A DNA stretch of 64,000 bases from Thermodesulfobacteriota bacterium (GCA_965198945.1 CBDAQI010000001.1:224001-288000); one strand, 5' to 3'. Numbered from the stretch's first letter, positions 1 to 10,596 are shown. The notes: a model not told the origin generated them from the sequence alone. Numbers and translations: made by a program.

Positions 1-1125
1 TTTATCGGAGAAATATTCCTTGACCTGCTCAAAATGATGGTCATCCCCCTTGTGGTTGTGAGTATAACCCTCGGCGTTATGAAACTCCGCGATTTCAAGT
101 CTGTGGGGGTAAAAACTCTTCTCTACTACACGGTTACGACCGCCATTTCCGTTTGCATAGGCATCTTTGTCGTGTCTTTTCTTCACCCGGGGTCGCCTGA
201 GACTCTCGGCGGTATGAGTGAAGAAACCAGAGAGCAGGCTGCCATGCGGGTTGAGGGAAAGACCGCCGGGGCCGAACAAATACTGCAAAGTATGGTCACT
301 CCCAACGTTTTCAAATCCGCCGCCGATTTTCAGATACTTCCCCTGATAGTTTTTTCTCTTCTTTTCGGTCTTGCCCTTGCACGCACGGGCGCGCGCGCCG
401 CTCCGGTTGAGTCGCTCCTGAATTCTCTTGACGGGGCGATAATGAAGCTTGTCCACTGGATAATCAACCTGACTCCGGTGGGTGTGGCGTGCATAATTGC
501 CGCGAGAATAGGAAAGGCCGGAGGCGGTGAGGCGATTGCCGCCATGGCGGTGGGAATCGGCAAGTATATGATTGCCGTTATACTCGGACTTGGGATTCAT
601 GGTTTGCTGGTGCTGCCGGTTGTTTTGTTTGTTTTTACGCGCAGAAATCCTTTTCAATACATGAAACAGATGAGTAAGGCTCTACTTACGGCTTTTTCCA
701 CGGCCTCTTCCTCGGCGACTCTTTCTCTCACAATGATGAACACAATTGAAGACGCGAAGGTTTCTCCGAAAGTGGGGCGGTTTGTGCTCCCTCTCGGCGC
801 GACCGTGAACATGGACGGCACAGCCCTTTATGAGGCGGTCGCCGTGATATTTATAGCTCAGGTCTACGCAGTGCCGCTTGACTCAAGCGCTCTTGTCATC
901 ATATTTCTTACGGCAACGCTTGCCGCCATAGGAGCTGCGGGAATACCCGAAGCGGGTCTTGTTACGATGGTGATAGTGCTCACAAGCGTCGGGCTTCCCC
1001 TTGAGGGAATAGGTCTTCTTTTGTCGGTTGACTGGCTTCTTGACCGCTTCAGGACCACCGTGAATGTCTGGGGAGACAGTGTTGGCGCGGCGGTTGTGGA
1101 CAGGATGACACAGGCGCGATCTTAG
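1..1125 (+). CDS. Dicarboxylate/amino acid:cation symporter (GltP/SDF family), 5'-truncated by window edge
   Basis: Frame open from base 1 (FIGEIFLDLLKMMVIP); motifs AFSTASSSATL, PLGATVNMDGTALY, DRFRTTVNVWGD. Confidence 0.95.
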   Translation, partial: FIGEIFLDLLKMMVIPLVVVSITLGVMKLRDFKSVGVKTLLYYTVTTAISVCIGIFVVSFLHPGSPETLGGMSEETREQAAMRVEGKTAGAEQILQSMVTPNVFKSAADFQILPLIVFSLLFGLALARTGARAAPVESLLNSLDGAIMKLVHWIINLTPVGVACIIAARIGKAGGGEAIAAMAVGIGKYMIAVILGLGIHGLLVLPVVLFVFTRRNPFQYMKQMSKALLTAFSTASSSATLSLTMMNTIEDAKVSPKVGRFVLPLGATVNMDGTALYEAVAVIFIAQVYAVPLDSSALVIIFLTATLAAIGAAGIPEAGLVTMVIVLTSVGLPLEGIGLLLSVDWLLDRFRTTVNVWGDSVGAAVVDRMTQARS

Positions 1126-1153
1126 GAGATTGTAAATGTTAGGAGATATTCAA

Positions 1154-2221
1154 ATGGAATTTGGGAAACTGCTTGAAGTTCTCAAGAGTGCTGATTTTTA
1201 CTATACTTATCTGCCTCCGGTTCTGGCCGTTTTAATTTCATTTTTTTCCCTGCTTTTTTTCGTAAGGTTTTTATCGGGGCATTTCAGGAAGTTCACTCGC
1301 AGAACCATAAACAAATTTGACGATATTATTGCCGACACTCTGGATGGCACAAACCGTTTTTTTTTTCTGGCGGTTTCAATTTACATAGGTTCGTATTTTA
1401 TTGAACTGAGCCCTGAGGTGAAGGAAACCGGGAGAAAAATCATTGTTACGGCTCTGATTATTCAGTCCGTTTTATGGCTCGGAAGAATATCAAGCCGTTA
1501 TCTTGCTCTGAATCACCATAAATGGAACATCACCACCACACAGTCAAGTTTTTTCGTTTTTTTTCTGCGAATTATTTTATGGTGTCTCGCCGCGCTTCTT
1601 ATTCTTGAAAATCTGGGACTTCGCGTAACGCCTCTTGTTGCCGGACTGGGAATCGGGGGAATTGCGATAGCGCTCGCCCTTCAGAGTGTTCTCGGTGAGC
1701 TTATCGCCTCACTGTCAATCATACTGGACAAGCCGTTTGTTGTGGGGGATTTTATAGTTGTTGACAATTTCAGCGGAAGTGTTGAAAAGGTGGGTCTTAA
1801 AACCACCAGAATAAGAAGCATTTCCGGAGAATTGCTGGTTTTTTCAAACCACCACCTTATCAGCACCACAATAAAAAACTACAAAAATCTTCCCCGCCGC
1901 CGAAGTTTTTTCACTTTGGGTGTCGTTTATGAAACGGAAACCGAAAAACTCAAGCAAATTCCGCTTATTCTGAAAGATATAATAGACAAACATCCCAAGA
2001 CCGAATATGACAGGGTTCATTTTGTCGCATTTGCGGATTTTTCGCTGAATTTTGAAGTTTCCTATTATGTATTAACGGGTGACTATATTGAACATCTTGA
2101 CACCGTGCAGGAAATTAATTTGGAAATAATAAGCAAGTTCCGTCAGGAAAATATAGATTTCGCATACCCCACGCAAACGTTTTTTCCCGGCAAACAGCTG
2201 GAAGTTGCCGTGAAAAAATAA
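1154..2221 (+). CDS. MscS family small-conductance mechanosensitive channel
   Basis: AGLGIGGIAIALALQ, DKPFVVGDFI, VEKVGLKTTRIR, IDFAYPTQT; AGGAG at 1141 favours ATG 1154. Confidence 0.92.
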   Translation: MEFGKLLEVLKSADFYYTYLPPVLAVLISFFSLLFFVRFLSGHFRKFTRRTINKFDDIIADTLDGTNRFFFLAVSIYIGSYFIELSPEVKETGRKIIVTALIIQSVLWLGRISSRYLALNHHKWNITTTQSSFFVFFLRIILWCLAALLILENLGLRVTPLVAGLGIGGIAIALALQSVLGELIASLSIILDKPFVVGDFIVVDNFSGSVEKVGLKTTRIRSISGELLVFSNHHLISTTIKNYKNLPRRRSFFTLGVVYETETEKLKQIPLILKDIIDKHPKTEYDRVHFVAFADFSLNFEVSYYVLTGDYIEHLDTVQEINLEIISKFRQENIDFAYPTQTFFPGKQLEVAVKK

Positions 2222-2242
2222 AGAAAAGCGGAGGCCGTTGCA

Positions 2243-3631
2243 TTGTCAAAAAAAACACTTTGGTCGGGAAGGTTTTCAAAAAATCCTCATCGTCTTGCGG
2301 GACAATTCTCCGCATCGGTGGATTTTGACAGAAAGCTCGCCTTTGAAGACATTGAGGGAAGTTCCGCGCATTTAAAAATGCTTGCCGCGCGCAAGATAAT
2401 TTCCAAAAAGAATGCGGGTCTGATTTTGAAAGCCCTGTCTGAAATCAAAACGGAGATAAAAAAAGGCGTTTTCCCTTTCAGGGACGAATACGAAGATATT
2501 CATTTGAACATAGAGAAGCGCATTATTGAAAAAATAGGTCCGGTCGGCGGGATGATTCATACGGCGCGCAGCAGGAACGACCAGATAGTTCTTGATGAAC
2601 GTCTCTATCTCAGAAAGCAGACGGCGCTGATACTTGAGGGGATCTCCTCGGTGGCTGATAAAACGGTCGCTCTTGCGGAGAAGGATTCCGGCGCGATAAT
2701 GCCGTTTTACACTCATCTTCAAAGAGCTCAGCCGGTGCTTGTTTCCCACCATCTGCTTGCTTATTTTGAGATGTTCAAACGCGACCGTGAAAGATTTTTA
2801 GATTGTCTGAAAAGGATAAATGTAAATCCTCTCGGCGTCTGTGCGGGCGCGGGAACCTCTTTTCCCATAGACAGAAAAATGACTTCGGAACTGCTCGGCT
2901 TCCCGTCCGTTACCGCGAACAGCATAGACACCGTGTCTGACAGAGATTTTCTTGCGGAGTTCATATTCTGCTGCGCCGCCCTGATGGGGCATCTTGGCAG
3001 GTTTGCGGAAGAGTTGGTGATATGGTCTTCCCGCGAGTTTGATTTTGTTGATCTCGGAGATGATTTTACGACGGGCTCAAGCATAATGCCTCAGAAAAGA
3101 AACCCTGACATTGCCGAACTTGTGCGCGCAAAGGGGGCGCGGGTCAACGGAAATCTGGTTTCTCTGCTTACCCTCATCAAAGGACTTCCGCTTTCCTACA
3201 ACCGCGACATGCAGGAAGACAAGGAGCCCCTGTTTGACACCTCGGAAACGGTTGCCGGTTCTCTTTCCGTTTTTGCCGCGATGCTTGCCGGGTGCAAGCT
3301 CAAAACCGAAAATATGGAAAAAAGTCTCAAAGACGGATACATAACCGCGACCGACCTTGCGGACTATCTTACGCGCCGCGGAATGCCTTTCAGACAGGCG
3401 CATGAAATCTCAGGGCGAATTGTTTCTCATGCGGAGAAAAAAGACAAAGATATAACCGAACTGACAATTCCGGAATTCAAAAAATTCTCTCCAATTATTG
3501 AAAAGGATATTTATGAGACGCTTTCAATTGAAGGCTCCGTAAAAAGCAGAAATTCCCAGGGCGGCACCTCCCACAATCAAGTGAGAAAAATGCTCCGCTC
3601 CGCACGGCGTGAAATATCAGGATGGGGCTGA
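2243..3631 (+). CDS. argH: Argininosuccinate lyase
   Basis: LWSGRF, HTARSRNDQ, GSSIMPQKRNPD, LSYNRDMQEDKE; TTG start after GGAGG. Confidence 0.98.
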   Translation: MSKKTLWSGRFSKNPHRLAGQFSASVDFDRKLAFEDIEGSSAHLKMLAARKIISKKNAGLILKALSEIKTEIKKGVFPFRDEYEDIHLNIEKRIIEKIGPVGGMIHTARSRNDQIVLDERLYLRKQTALILEGISSVADKTVALAEKDSGAIMPFYTHLQRAQPVLVSHHLLAYFEMFKRDRERFLDCLKRINVNPLGVCAGAGTSFPIDRKMTSELLGFPSVTANSIDTVSDRDFLAEFIFCCAALMGHLGRFAEELVIWSSREFDFVDLGDDFTTGSSIMPQKRNPDIAELVRAKGARVNGNLVSLLTLIKGLPLSYNRDMQEDKEPLFDTSETVAGSLSVFAAMLAGCKLKTENMEKSLKDGYITATDLADYLTRRGMPFRQAHEISGRIVSHAEKKDKDITELTIPEFKKFSPIIEKDIYETLSIEGSVKSRNSQGGTSHNQVRKMLRSARREISGWG

Positions 3632-3976
3632 TTCAGGTTCCACGGGTATTCTCGGAGAATCAGACCAGAGGCCTTCCAGGTTGTAAAAATCGTGCTTCTG
3701 ATTTTGAAAAATATGCACTATCACATCTTCAGTACCTATGAGGATCCAGCTTTTTTTTGACATTCCTTCCCTGTCCAGGACGCGTATTTTCTTTTCTTTA
3801 AGGGTTTTTTGAATGTGGTCGGAAACGGCCTTCACCGCTCTTTCGGAAGAGGTTTTGCATATTACAAAAAAGTCCGCAATGCCGCTTGTGTTTCTCACAT
3901 CTATTATGACGACATCGGTCGCTTTTTTGTCAATTGCGCAGCGCGCAAGAAGCAGGGCTTGCTGTTTTGAAGTTAT
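3617..3976 (-). CDS. rsfS: Ribosome silencing factor RsfS (probable ATA start)
   Basis: DKKATDVVIIDV, ADFFVIC, WILI..DVIVHIF, FYNLEGLW; follows nadD; homologous N-terminus extends upstream of ORF-track GTG 3898. Confidence 0.9.
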   Translation of the reverse strand: MTSKQQALLLARCAIDKKATDVVIIDVRNTSGIADFFVICKTSSERAVKAVSDHIQKTLKEKKIRVLDREGMSKKSWILIGTEDVIVHIFQNQKHDFYNLEGLWSDSPRIPVEPESAPS

Positions 3977-4653
3977 TTCGGGAGTTCCCTTAAGTAGAGT
4001 TTTTCACGCTTGATAAAATCCGCGACCGCCGGAGGGACAAGATGCTCAAATGCCTCACCGTTTTTTATGCGATTTCTTATTTCCGTTGATGAAATATCCG
4101 GAGCGTCTATTTTCACGAAAAACAGTTTTAAGCCGCCCTTGTGTTTGAAACAAACCATACCATCCGCTTCCTCATCATACAGAAAATTCTCCCTGATCTC
4201 AAAAGGCGGCTCGGATTTTATGTGTGTGTTTGAGCCCGCTCTTGATATGACAGCGACGTTTGATATTTCAAAAATTTCCCTGAATTGTTTCCATTTATTT
4301 ATACCGGCAAAAAGATCCCGTCCCACCACAAGCCAGAGGGAGTTCCGTTTATTTCGCGCTTTCCACAACCGAAGGGTTTCCACCGTATAAGAGGCGGATT
4401 TTTTTTCAATTTCCAGAGATGAAACTTCAATTCCTTCAAGTTGTCCGGTTGCAAGTTTGAGCATTTCAAAGCGTTTTTCAGGCGGCGCTTGCGGGCCGTC
4501 GCCTTTCAGGGGGTTCTGATAATTTGGAACAAGGACGACTTTATCAAAATTCAGTTTTTTTCCGGTTCGGACGGCGGCCTCTATGTGGCCGTTGTGAACC
4601 GGGTCAAAACTGCCGCCCAGCAGGGCGGTTTTAATTGTCAAAATTCCGGACAT
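3973..4653 (-). CDS. nadD: Nicotinate-nucleotide adenylyltransferase
   Basis: GGSFDPVHNGH, SYTVETL, ISSTEIR. Confidence 0.96.
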   Translation of the reverse strand: MSGILTIKTALLGGSFDPVHNGHIEAAVRTGKKLNFDKVVLVPNYQNPLKGDGPQAPPEKRFEMLKLATGQLEGIEVSSLEIEKKSASYTVETLRLWKARNKRNSLWLVVGRDLFAGINKWKQFREIFEISNVAVISRAGSNTHIKSEPPFEIRENFLYDEEADGMVCFKHKGGLKLFFVKIDAPDISSTEIRNRIKNGEAFEHLVPPAVADFIKREKLYLRELPK

Positions 4654-5735
4654 GCCTCCACAATAATCGTTTCGGCCGTTTTTGTGATTTTTTTGAAGGT
4701 TATTTTTTTTGCATTCTTAACGGTCTTGGTTTCCATTGCCGACACCATGTCCTTTCCGTCTCCGCCTATTATTAAGGGAGAGTAGAAAAAAAACATTTGA
4801 TCTACGATTTTTTCTTTCAGGGCCGAAGCCGCAATTTTGCCGCCGCCTTCAATCAGAACGGATTTAATTCCCCGCGATGAAAGTTTTTTCATTAAATCCT
4901 TCATTAAAATTCCTCCCAGGGGATTTTTTCTCACCCGCAGTATTTCGGCGCCCCGATCTTTTATACTTTTTATTTTGTCCGCTTTTGCCTCGCCCGAGAC
5001 CGCGATAATCAGATCCTTTCTGTTCAGCAGTTTTGCCTTTTCCGGAATTGTCAGCCGCGTATCGGCAACAACACATGCCGGCTGGCGAGAGGCTTTTATA
5101 AGTCTCACGTCCAGCGCGGGATTGTCTTTCCGAACGGTTTCAACACCGACCATAACCGCGTCGCACCTGTTTCTCAAAACATGCGCCATTTTTCTCTGGG
5201 ATAAGTTTCCTATCCACTTTGAATCTCCGGTGTGCGTTGCGATTTTCCCGTCAATGGAAGCTGAAAGTTTCAAAATTACAAAAGGAAGTCCCGTTCTGAT
5301 ATTTTTAAAAAATATCTCATTTACATTTTTGCAGCTCTCTTCAAGAATTCCCTCTTTGACCGAGACTCCGTTTTTTTCTAAGAATATGGCTCCGCTCCCG
5401 ACTTCGGGGTTCGGGTCTTTGCAGCCTATGAAAACCTCGGATATGCCGCTTTTTATAATTTCCCCGCAACACGGTGGGGTTTTTTTTCCGTCATAATGCC
5501 TGGCGCAGGGTTCAAGAGTAACATACATTGAAGCTCCCCGCGCCGAGTTTCCTTTTTTTTCACAGTCCCTCAGCGCCTCTATTTCCGCATGGGCAAGCCC
5601 GGCCCGTCTGTGCCAGCCTCTCCCGATGACCTTTCCCTTTTTTACTATCACCGCGCCGACAAGCGGATTGGGACTGACCGCCCCCTCGCCCTTTTGTGCA
5701 AGAGAAAGCGCGCGGCTCATAAATTTTTCGTGCAT
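4638..5735 (-). CDS. ribD: Riboflavin biosynthesis deaminase/reductase RibD
   Basis: PNPLVGAV, HAE, VTLEPC..PPC, SIDGKIA, LIEGGG; start may be TTG 5744. Confidence 0.97.
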   Translation of the reverse strand: MHEKFMSRALSLAQKGEGAVSPNPLVGAVIVKKGKVIGRGWHRRAGLAHAEIEALRDCEKKGNSARGASMYVTLEPCARHYDGKKTPPCCGEIIKSGISEVFIGCKDPNPEVGSGAIFLEKNGVSVKEGILEESCKNVNEIFFKNIRTGLPFVILKLSASIDGKIATHTGDSKWIGNLSQRKMAHVLRNRCDAVMVGVETVRKDNPALDVRLIKASRQPACVVADTRLTIPEKAKLLNRKDLIIAVSGEAKADKIKSIKDRGAEILRVRKNPLGGILMKDLMKKLSSRGIKSVLIEGGGKIAASALKEKIVDQMFFFYSPLIIGGDGKDMVSAMETKTVKNAKKITFKKITKTAETIIVEACPEF

Positions 5736-5750
5736 GTTTTTCAATTTGTG

Positions 5751-7001
5751 CTAGTCCCGTTCATCAAAAAGCGAGGAGGCAAAATGTTCGGAGTCAAACC
5801 CGGCAAGGTCTCCCGTTCCCTCGCCTGTTCCTACATAAATTACCGGTATTTCAAACTCTTCGGCTATCGCCATGAGGACTCCTCCCTTTGCGGTTCCGTC
5901 AATTTTTGTGAGGACTATTCCCGTTACTCCGACCGCGGAGTCAAACATTTCCGTTTGCCGGACGGCATTTTGTCCGGTGGTGGCGTCAAGAACAAGAAGA
6001 ACTTCATCCGGAGCCCCGGCCCGCGCTTTGCCTATGACCCTTTTAATTTTTGAGAGCTCCTCCATAAGATTTGTTTTCGTGTGGAGTCTCCCGGCGGTGT
6101 CTATTATCACAGTGTCGCAGTTTTGTGCTTCCCCCGCCTTTACGGCATCAAACGCCACTCCGGAAGGGTCGGCTCCGAGGTTTCCCTTTATAAAAGCGCT
6201 TCCGGTTCTCTCCGCCCACCGTTCAAGTTGCTCGGTGGCCGCCGCTCTGAAAGTGTCGGCCGCGGCAAGCATGACTTTTTTGTTTTGAGATTTTTCAATG
6301 CCGGCGAGTTTCCCGGCCGTTGTGGTTTTTCCCGAGCCGTTGACGCCGACCACCATGCAGATTCCGGGCTTGGCCGAATTTCCCCGCTCGTTTCCGTTGC
6401 GCGACGATTTTTTCAGTGTTTCGGCGGTCTCTTTAATAAGCGCGTTTTTTATTTTTTCATAATTTTCAAGGCCTTCGCCTCCGAGTCTTTTTTCAACGCG
6501 CTTCCTTATTTCTGTCGCGGCTTTTACTCCCGTGTCCGCCAGCACAAGCATTTCTTCAAATTGTTCCCACAGGTCTTCTTTCATCTTTCCGCCCGCGGCA
6601 ATCTCTTTCAGTTTTGAAAGCAGACCCGAACGGCTTTTTGTAAGTCCCTTTCTCAGTTTTTCAAACGGGGGCTCGTCCGCTTTTTCCTCTTCTTTCTCCG
6701 GTTTCGGCAGCATTTCCTCGGCCTGAGCCGGAGCTTCCAAATTGGGAGATATAGTTTGGGGCTCTGACTTCTGAGGAATTCCTTCAGTCTTTGCGGAAAC
6801 TTGCAGACTTTCCGCCTTATCATCCGTTTCGGGTATTTTTTCTTCGGGGACGCTTTCTGCGGGTGTTTTGCTCGTCCGCTTTTTTAACAGCACAAATAAA
6901 ACAGCGGCGGCAAACACCGCCCCGGTCGCGATGGACAGGTATTTCAAAAAAACTTCATTTTTGAGCAGAAACGTTTTCAGTATTTGAATAAAATCGTTCA
7001 A
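5751..7001 (-). CDS. ftsY: SRP receptor FtsY with N-terminal TM anchor
   Basis: GVNGSGKTTT, DTFRAAA, DTAGRL, TKIDGTAKGG. Confidence 0.98.
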   Translation of the reverse strand: MNDFIQILKTFLLKNEVFLKYLSIATGAVFAAAVLFVLLKKRTSKTPAESVPEEKIPETDDKAESLQVSAKTEGIPQKSEPQTISPNLEAPAQAEEMLPKPEKEEEKADEPPFEKLRKGLTKSRSGLLSKLKEIAAGGKMKEDLWEQFEEMLVLADTGVKAATEIRKRVEKRLGGEGLENYEKIKNALIKETAETLKKSSRNGNERGNSAKPGICMVVGVNGSGKTTTAGKLAGIEKSQNKKVMLAAADTFRAAATEQLERWAERTGSAFIKGNLGADPSGVAFDAVKAGEAQNCDTVIIDTAGRLHTKTNLMEELSKIKRVIGKARAGAPDEVLLVLDATTGQNAVRQTEMFDSAVGVTGIVLTKIDGTAKGGVLMAIAEEFEIPVIYVGTGEGTGDLAGFDSEHFASSLFDERD

Positions 7002-7726
7002 GGCTGTTTGGGGCCGCTTTTCTGCACGGCTTTGCCCGTGAAAAAAGGGCCGAGTTCTTCAATATATTCTGATGTCTGTCTCGTTTTTCTCATGGCTTGA
7101 ACAACCGATGAGAGCGGATGCAGGTTTTTTCCAAAAAGACCTATTACAAAGTCGTTGTCTTTTTCGTCAATTCCGTGACACGCAAGCCGTATGTCTTTGA
7201 CGAGGCCCGCCTCCCCGTATTTGAACCCCAGTTTTCCATGCTCTCCGAGAATTGCTCTTTTTTCTTTTTCGGGAAGCGTTTCAAAATTTTTCACCCTGCG
7301 AAGCGGATACCAGACGGCCCAGGGAAAATCCGTATCAAGAATTTTTTTTCTGGGCCCCTCTACAAGAGTTTCTTCGAGGTTGTTTTCGTAACCCAGGGAG
7401 TATGTTCTTCCGAACATAGACAATTCTTTTTTGAAATTCAGATTGCTGAAGGGCGCGGTGTTGAGAATTTTCCGCAGCTTTTCCACAAAGAAGTCTTCAT
7501 CCTCATTTATAAAAACCGCCCCTATCCCCGAAGGATCGGAGAGGTCTGAATAAAGAGAGTATTCAACGCCGCTTTCTTCAAGGACGCAGCCAATTCTGCC
7601 TGTGTCTTCCACTCCGCTGAAGGCAAAAAAACTGACGAACAAACGCCTGTCGCTGTAGATAATTTCCCCGTTTTTGGCTCTTCCTTTCTCGCGTATGTCA
7701 ATTTTTGTGTTTTCGTGCGTTTTCAT
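6998..7726 (-). CDS. Chlorite dismutase/coproheme decarboxylase (HemQ/ChdC) family protein
   Basis: WYPLRR..F..LP..E...I..EHG, IRLACHGID..DNDFVIG, MRKT.QTS.Y...GPFFTG. Confidence 0.8.
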   Translation of the reverse strand: MKTHENTKIDIREKGRAKNGEIIYSDRRLFVSFFAFSGVEDTGRIGCVLEESGVEYSLYSDLSDPSGIGAVFINEDEDFFVEKLRKILNTAPFSNLNFKKELSMFGRTYSLGYENNLEETLVEGPRKKILDTDFPWAVWYPLRRVKNFETLPEKEKRAILGEHGKLGFKYGEAGLVKDIRLACHGIDEKDNDFVIGLFGKNLHPLSSVVQAMRKTRQTSEYIEELGPFFTGKAVQKSGPKQP

Positions 7727-7781
7727 CCCGCCTCCGGCGCCGATAATTTATACGATTTTCCTCCGGATACAGTTATTGACT

Positions 7782-8399
7782 CTAAACCACTTTTCCAATT
7801 CTTGATATCAATTCGTCCATTTCCGGGGACTTCAGTTTCATTCTGGCCTTGTTTACAACCAGCCGCGCCGTTATGGGTGTTATGGATTCTATTTCGGTAA
7901 GATTGTTTTCTTTGATTGTTTTTCCCGTGGCCGTCAGGTCAACAATCACATCTGAGAGTCCCACCACGCAGGCGAGCTCAACCGAGCCGTACAGTTTTAT
8001 GATTTCAGTCCGGACATTTTTTTTTTCAAACCAGCTCCCGGCTATCTGCGGATACTTTGTCGCAATCCTCACCTTTCCCCCTTCCGGCAATTTGTATCCT
8101 TTATTTGCCGCAACTATCATTCTGCATTTTCCTATGCCGAGGTCCAGGGGCTCGTAAAGGTTGTTTTCCTGTTCAAGAAGCGAGTCTTTTCCGACTATTC
8201 CGCAATCGGCGACTCCGTGTTCAACATATGCGGGCACATCCGTGGGACGCACAACAAAAAGCGTCAGTCCGTGCTCTTGCACATCATGTATGAGCTTCCT
8301 TGATTTTTTTGCGTCTTTTTTCAAGTGAATTCCGGATTTTGCAAGAATTTCCAGAGATTCCTCAAAAAGCCTTCCGCGCGATACGGCAATTTTAATCAT
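7782..8399 (-). CDS. hisG: ATP phosphoribosyltransferase, short form
   Basis: RPTDVPAYVEHGVAD.GIVGKD, ATKYP, LYGSVELA; 205 aa, no regulatory domain. Confidence 0.96.
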   Translation of the reverse strand: MIKIAVSRGRLFEESLEILAKSGIHLKKDAKKSRKLIHDVQEHGLTLFVVRPTDVPAYVEHGVADCGIVGKDSLLEQENNLYEPLDLGIGKCRMIVAANKGYKLPEGGKVRIATKYPQIAGSWFEKKNVRTEIIKLYGSVELACVVGLSDVIVDLTATGKTIKENNLTEIESITPITARLVVNKARMKLKSPEMDELISRIGKVV

Positions 8400-9652
8400 T
8401 CTTTTTCCCTCCAGACACTGGCGCCCAGCTGTTCAAATTTTTTATCCAGTTTCTCATATCCTCTGTCCAAATGGTAAACCCTGCTTATCTCAGTTTTTCC
8501 CTTTGCGGCCGTTCCCGCGACCGCAAGCGCGGCCCCGGCCCTCAGATCACTTGCCATGGTTTGCGCCCCTTTGAGTTTTGCAATTCCTTTCACCACGGCC
8601 GCATTGCCGATAAGTTTTATATCGCCGCCCATTCTTTTCATTTCTGCTATGTGCATAAACCTCTGGGGAAATATATTTTCCGTCATTATGCTGATACCTT
8701 CTCCCGTGCACATAAGCGCCATAAACTGCGCCTGCATATCGGTCGGAAAACCGGGATAGGGCAGTGTCGTTATGTCCGTACAACTCACCCTTCCGTTTGC
8801 TCTCACATGTATTCCGCCCGCGGTCTCCTCAACCTCCGCTCCGGCTTTCATAAGCTTTCCGGCAAGCGTTCCGAGGTGCTCAAATCTGGCGCCTTTGATT
8901 AAGGCGCTTCCACCGCTTGCCACGGCGGCTATCATGAGAGTTCCCGCTTCTATTCTATCAGGTATGGCTTCATAATTTTTCAGTGGCTTCAGCGAGGAGA
9001 CGCCCCTTATTTTTATTATGTCGGTTCCAATGCCTGAAATGTCCGCCCCCATAAGGTTAAGCGCGCCCGCGAGCTCACTCACTTCGGGCTCACATGCGGC
9101 GTTGTAAATCACCGTTTCCCCATCGGCCAGAACGGCGGCGAGCATAAGGTTTTCCGTTCCCGTTACGGTTGGCATATCAAGCGGCACCACCACCCCCTTC
9201 ATTTTCGCAGATGAGGTTTCAACGTATCCGCTTTCTATTTTTATCTCCGCCCCCAGAGCTTCAAGCCCTTTCATATGCTGGTCAATAGGCCTTTCTCCTA
9301 TTGAGCAACCTCCGGGAAGAGACACACGCGCCCTGCCGAAACGCGCGGTCAGCGGGCCCAGTGTGAGAACCGAAGCCCTCATCCTTTTTACCATTTCATA
9401 TTTGGTAACCCAGCTGCCGATGCCTGACGAGTCTATTGAGAGACGCCCGCCGTCCAGTTCCACCATTGCTCCGAGGTCTGTCAGAATTTCTCCCATAACC
9501 CTTACGTCCATAAGGTCGGGGACATTTTCAAAGGAGTTCTCTCCGTCGTTAAGTATGCAGGCGGCCATAAGCGGCAGGATGGAGTTTTTTGATACGCTTA
9601 CGCAAACCTCTCCCTTGAAAGGGGTTCCGCCTTCAATGACTATCTTTTCCAA
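8396..9652 (-). CDS. murA: UDP-N-acetylglucosamine 1-carboxyvinyltransferase
   Basis: MRASV, LPGGCSIGERPIDQH, PDRIEAGT, YPGFPTDMQ, HLDRGYE; TTG start at LEKIVIEGG. Confidence 0.97.
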   Translation of the reverse strand: MEKIVIEGGTPFKGEVCVSVSKNSILPLMAACILNDGENSFENVPDLMDVRVMGEILTDLGAMVELDGGRLSIDSSGIGSWVTKYEMVKRMRASVLTLGPLTARFGRARVSLPGGCSIGERPIDQHMKGLEALGAEIKIESGYVETSSAKMKGVVVPLDMPTVTGTENLMLAAVLADGETVIYNAACEPEVSELAGALNLMGADISGIGTDIIKIRGVSSLKPLKNYEAIPDRIEAGTLMIAAVASGGSALIKGARFEHLGTLAGKLMKAGAEVEETAGGIHVRANGRVSCTDITTLPYPGFPTDMQAQFMALMCTGEGISIMTENIFPQRFMHIAEMKRMGGDIKLIGNAAVVKGIAKLKGAQTMASDLRAGAALAVAGTAAKGKTEISRVYHLDRGYEKLDKKFEQLGASVWREKE

Positions 9653-10494
9653 TTTGCCGTAACCACCCTTGTTTTCCCGCAAAGATCTTTGGCGGTTGAT
9701 ATGTCTGAAAATCCGCTTTCCCTGAAAATTTCCGAGCATTTCCGCGCCTGTCCGTCTCCGACTTCAATAATGCACCATCCGCCCGTGCGCAGAACCCGGG
9801 GCGAGCCGCAGATGATTTTTCTTATGTGCGCGAATCCGTTTTCTCCGCTCAAAAGAGCCTCTTGCGGCTCAAATCCGCGAACCTCCTCAGGCAGATTTCC
9901 GAATTCTTCCTCAGACACATATGGCGGGTTGGAGACAACAATGTCCGCACACGAGTCTTCAAAACACGGAAGCCCGTCTCCCGTCACAAAACTTACTTCC
10001 GCTCGGTGAATACGGGCGTTCTGCGCGGCTTTTTCCAGAGCCCGGGCAGATATGTCCGAGGCCGTAACCGATATGTCCGGTCTTTCCTTTTTGAGGGTTA
10101 CCGCTATGCAGCCGCTTCCCGTTCCCACATCAAGCACTTGAAAGTTTTTCCCGCACGGGATTTTCTCAAGCGCCGCTTCAACGAGGGTCTCGGTCTCCGG
10201 ACGCGGAATCAGCACCGCGGGGCTGACAGAGAAGCCGCGTGAGAAAAACTCGCGCAAGCCCGTTGTGTAAGCGCACGGCTCACGGTTGAGACGCCTCCGG
10301 GCGCGGTTTTCGCACTCATGAATTTCCGGCAGTCCGATTTTGGTTTCCGGATTTGTGTAAACGGTCTGCGCCTGTTTGCCGATTACGGAGCAGACGATAA
10401 CGGCCGCTTCAAGTCCCGGATTTTCAATTCCGCCGAGTCTGAATCGCTCTCTTGTTTTGCGGTATAAAGTTCCCAGATTTTCTTCAAGTCCCAT
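9640..10494 (-). CDS. prmC: Release factor glutamine methyltransferase
   Basis: VLIPRPETE, LDVGTGSGCIA, VSNPPY. Confidence 0.96.
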   Translation of the reverse strand: MGLEENLGTLYRKTRERFRLGGIENPGLEAAVIVCSVIGKQAQTVYTNPETKIGLPEIHECENRARRRLNREPCAYTTGLREFFSRGFSVSPAVLIPRPETETLVEAALEKIPCGKNFQVLDVGTGSGCIAVTLKKERPDISVTASDISARALEKAAQNARIHRAEVSFVTGDGLPCFEDSCADIVVSNPPYVSEEEFGNLPEEVRGFEPQEALLSGENGFAHIRKIICGSPRVLRTGGWCIIEVGDGQARKCSEIFRESGFSDISTAKDLCGKTRVVTANWKR

Positions 10495-10596
10495 TTCAGA
10501 AAGCGTGTCCGGGCGTCCCGGAACTGGTAGATTGTATATGCGCCGAAGGTGTTTTCAAACTCCGAGTGGCGCGCTCTGCTGTTAGAATAAAAAGTT

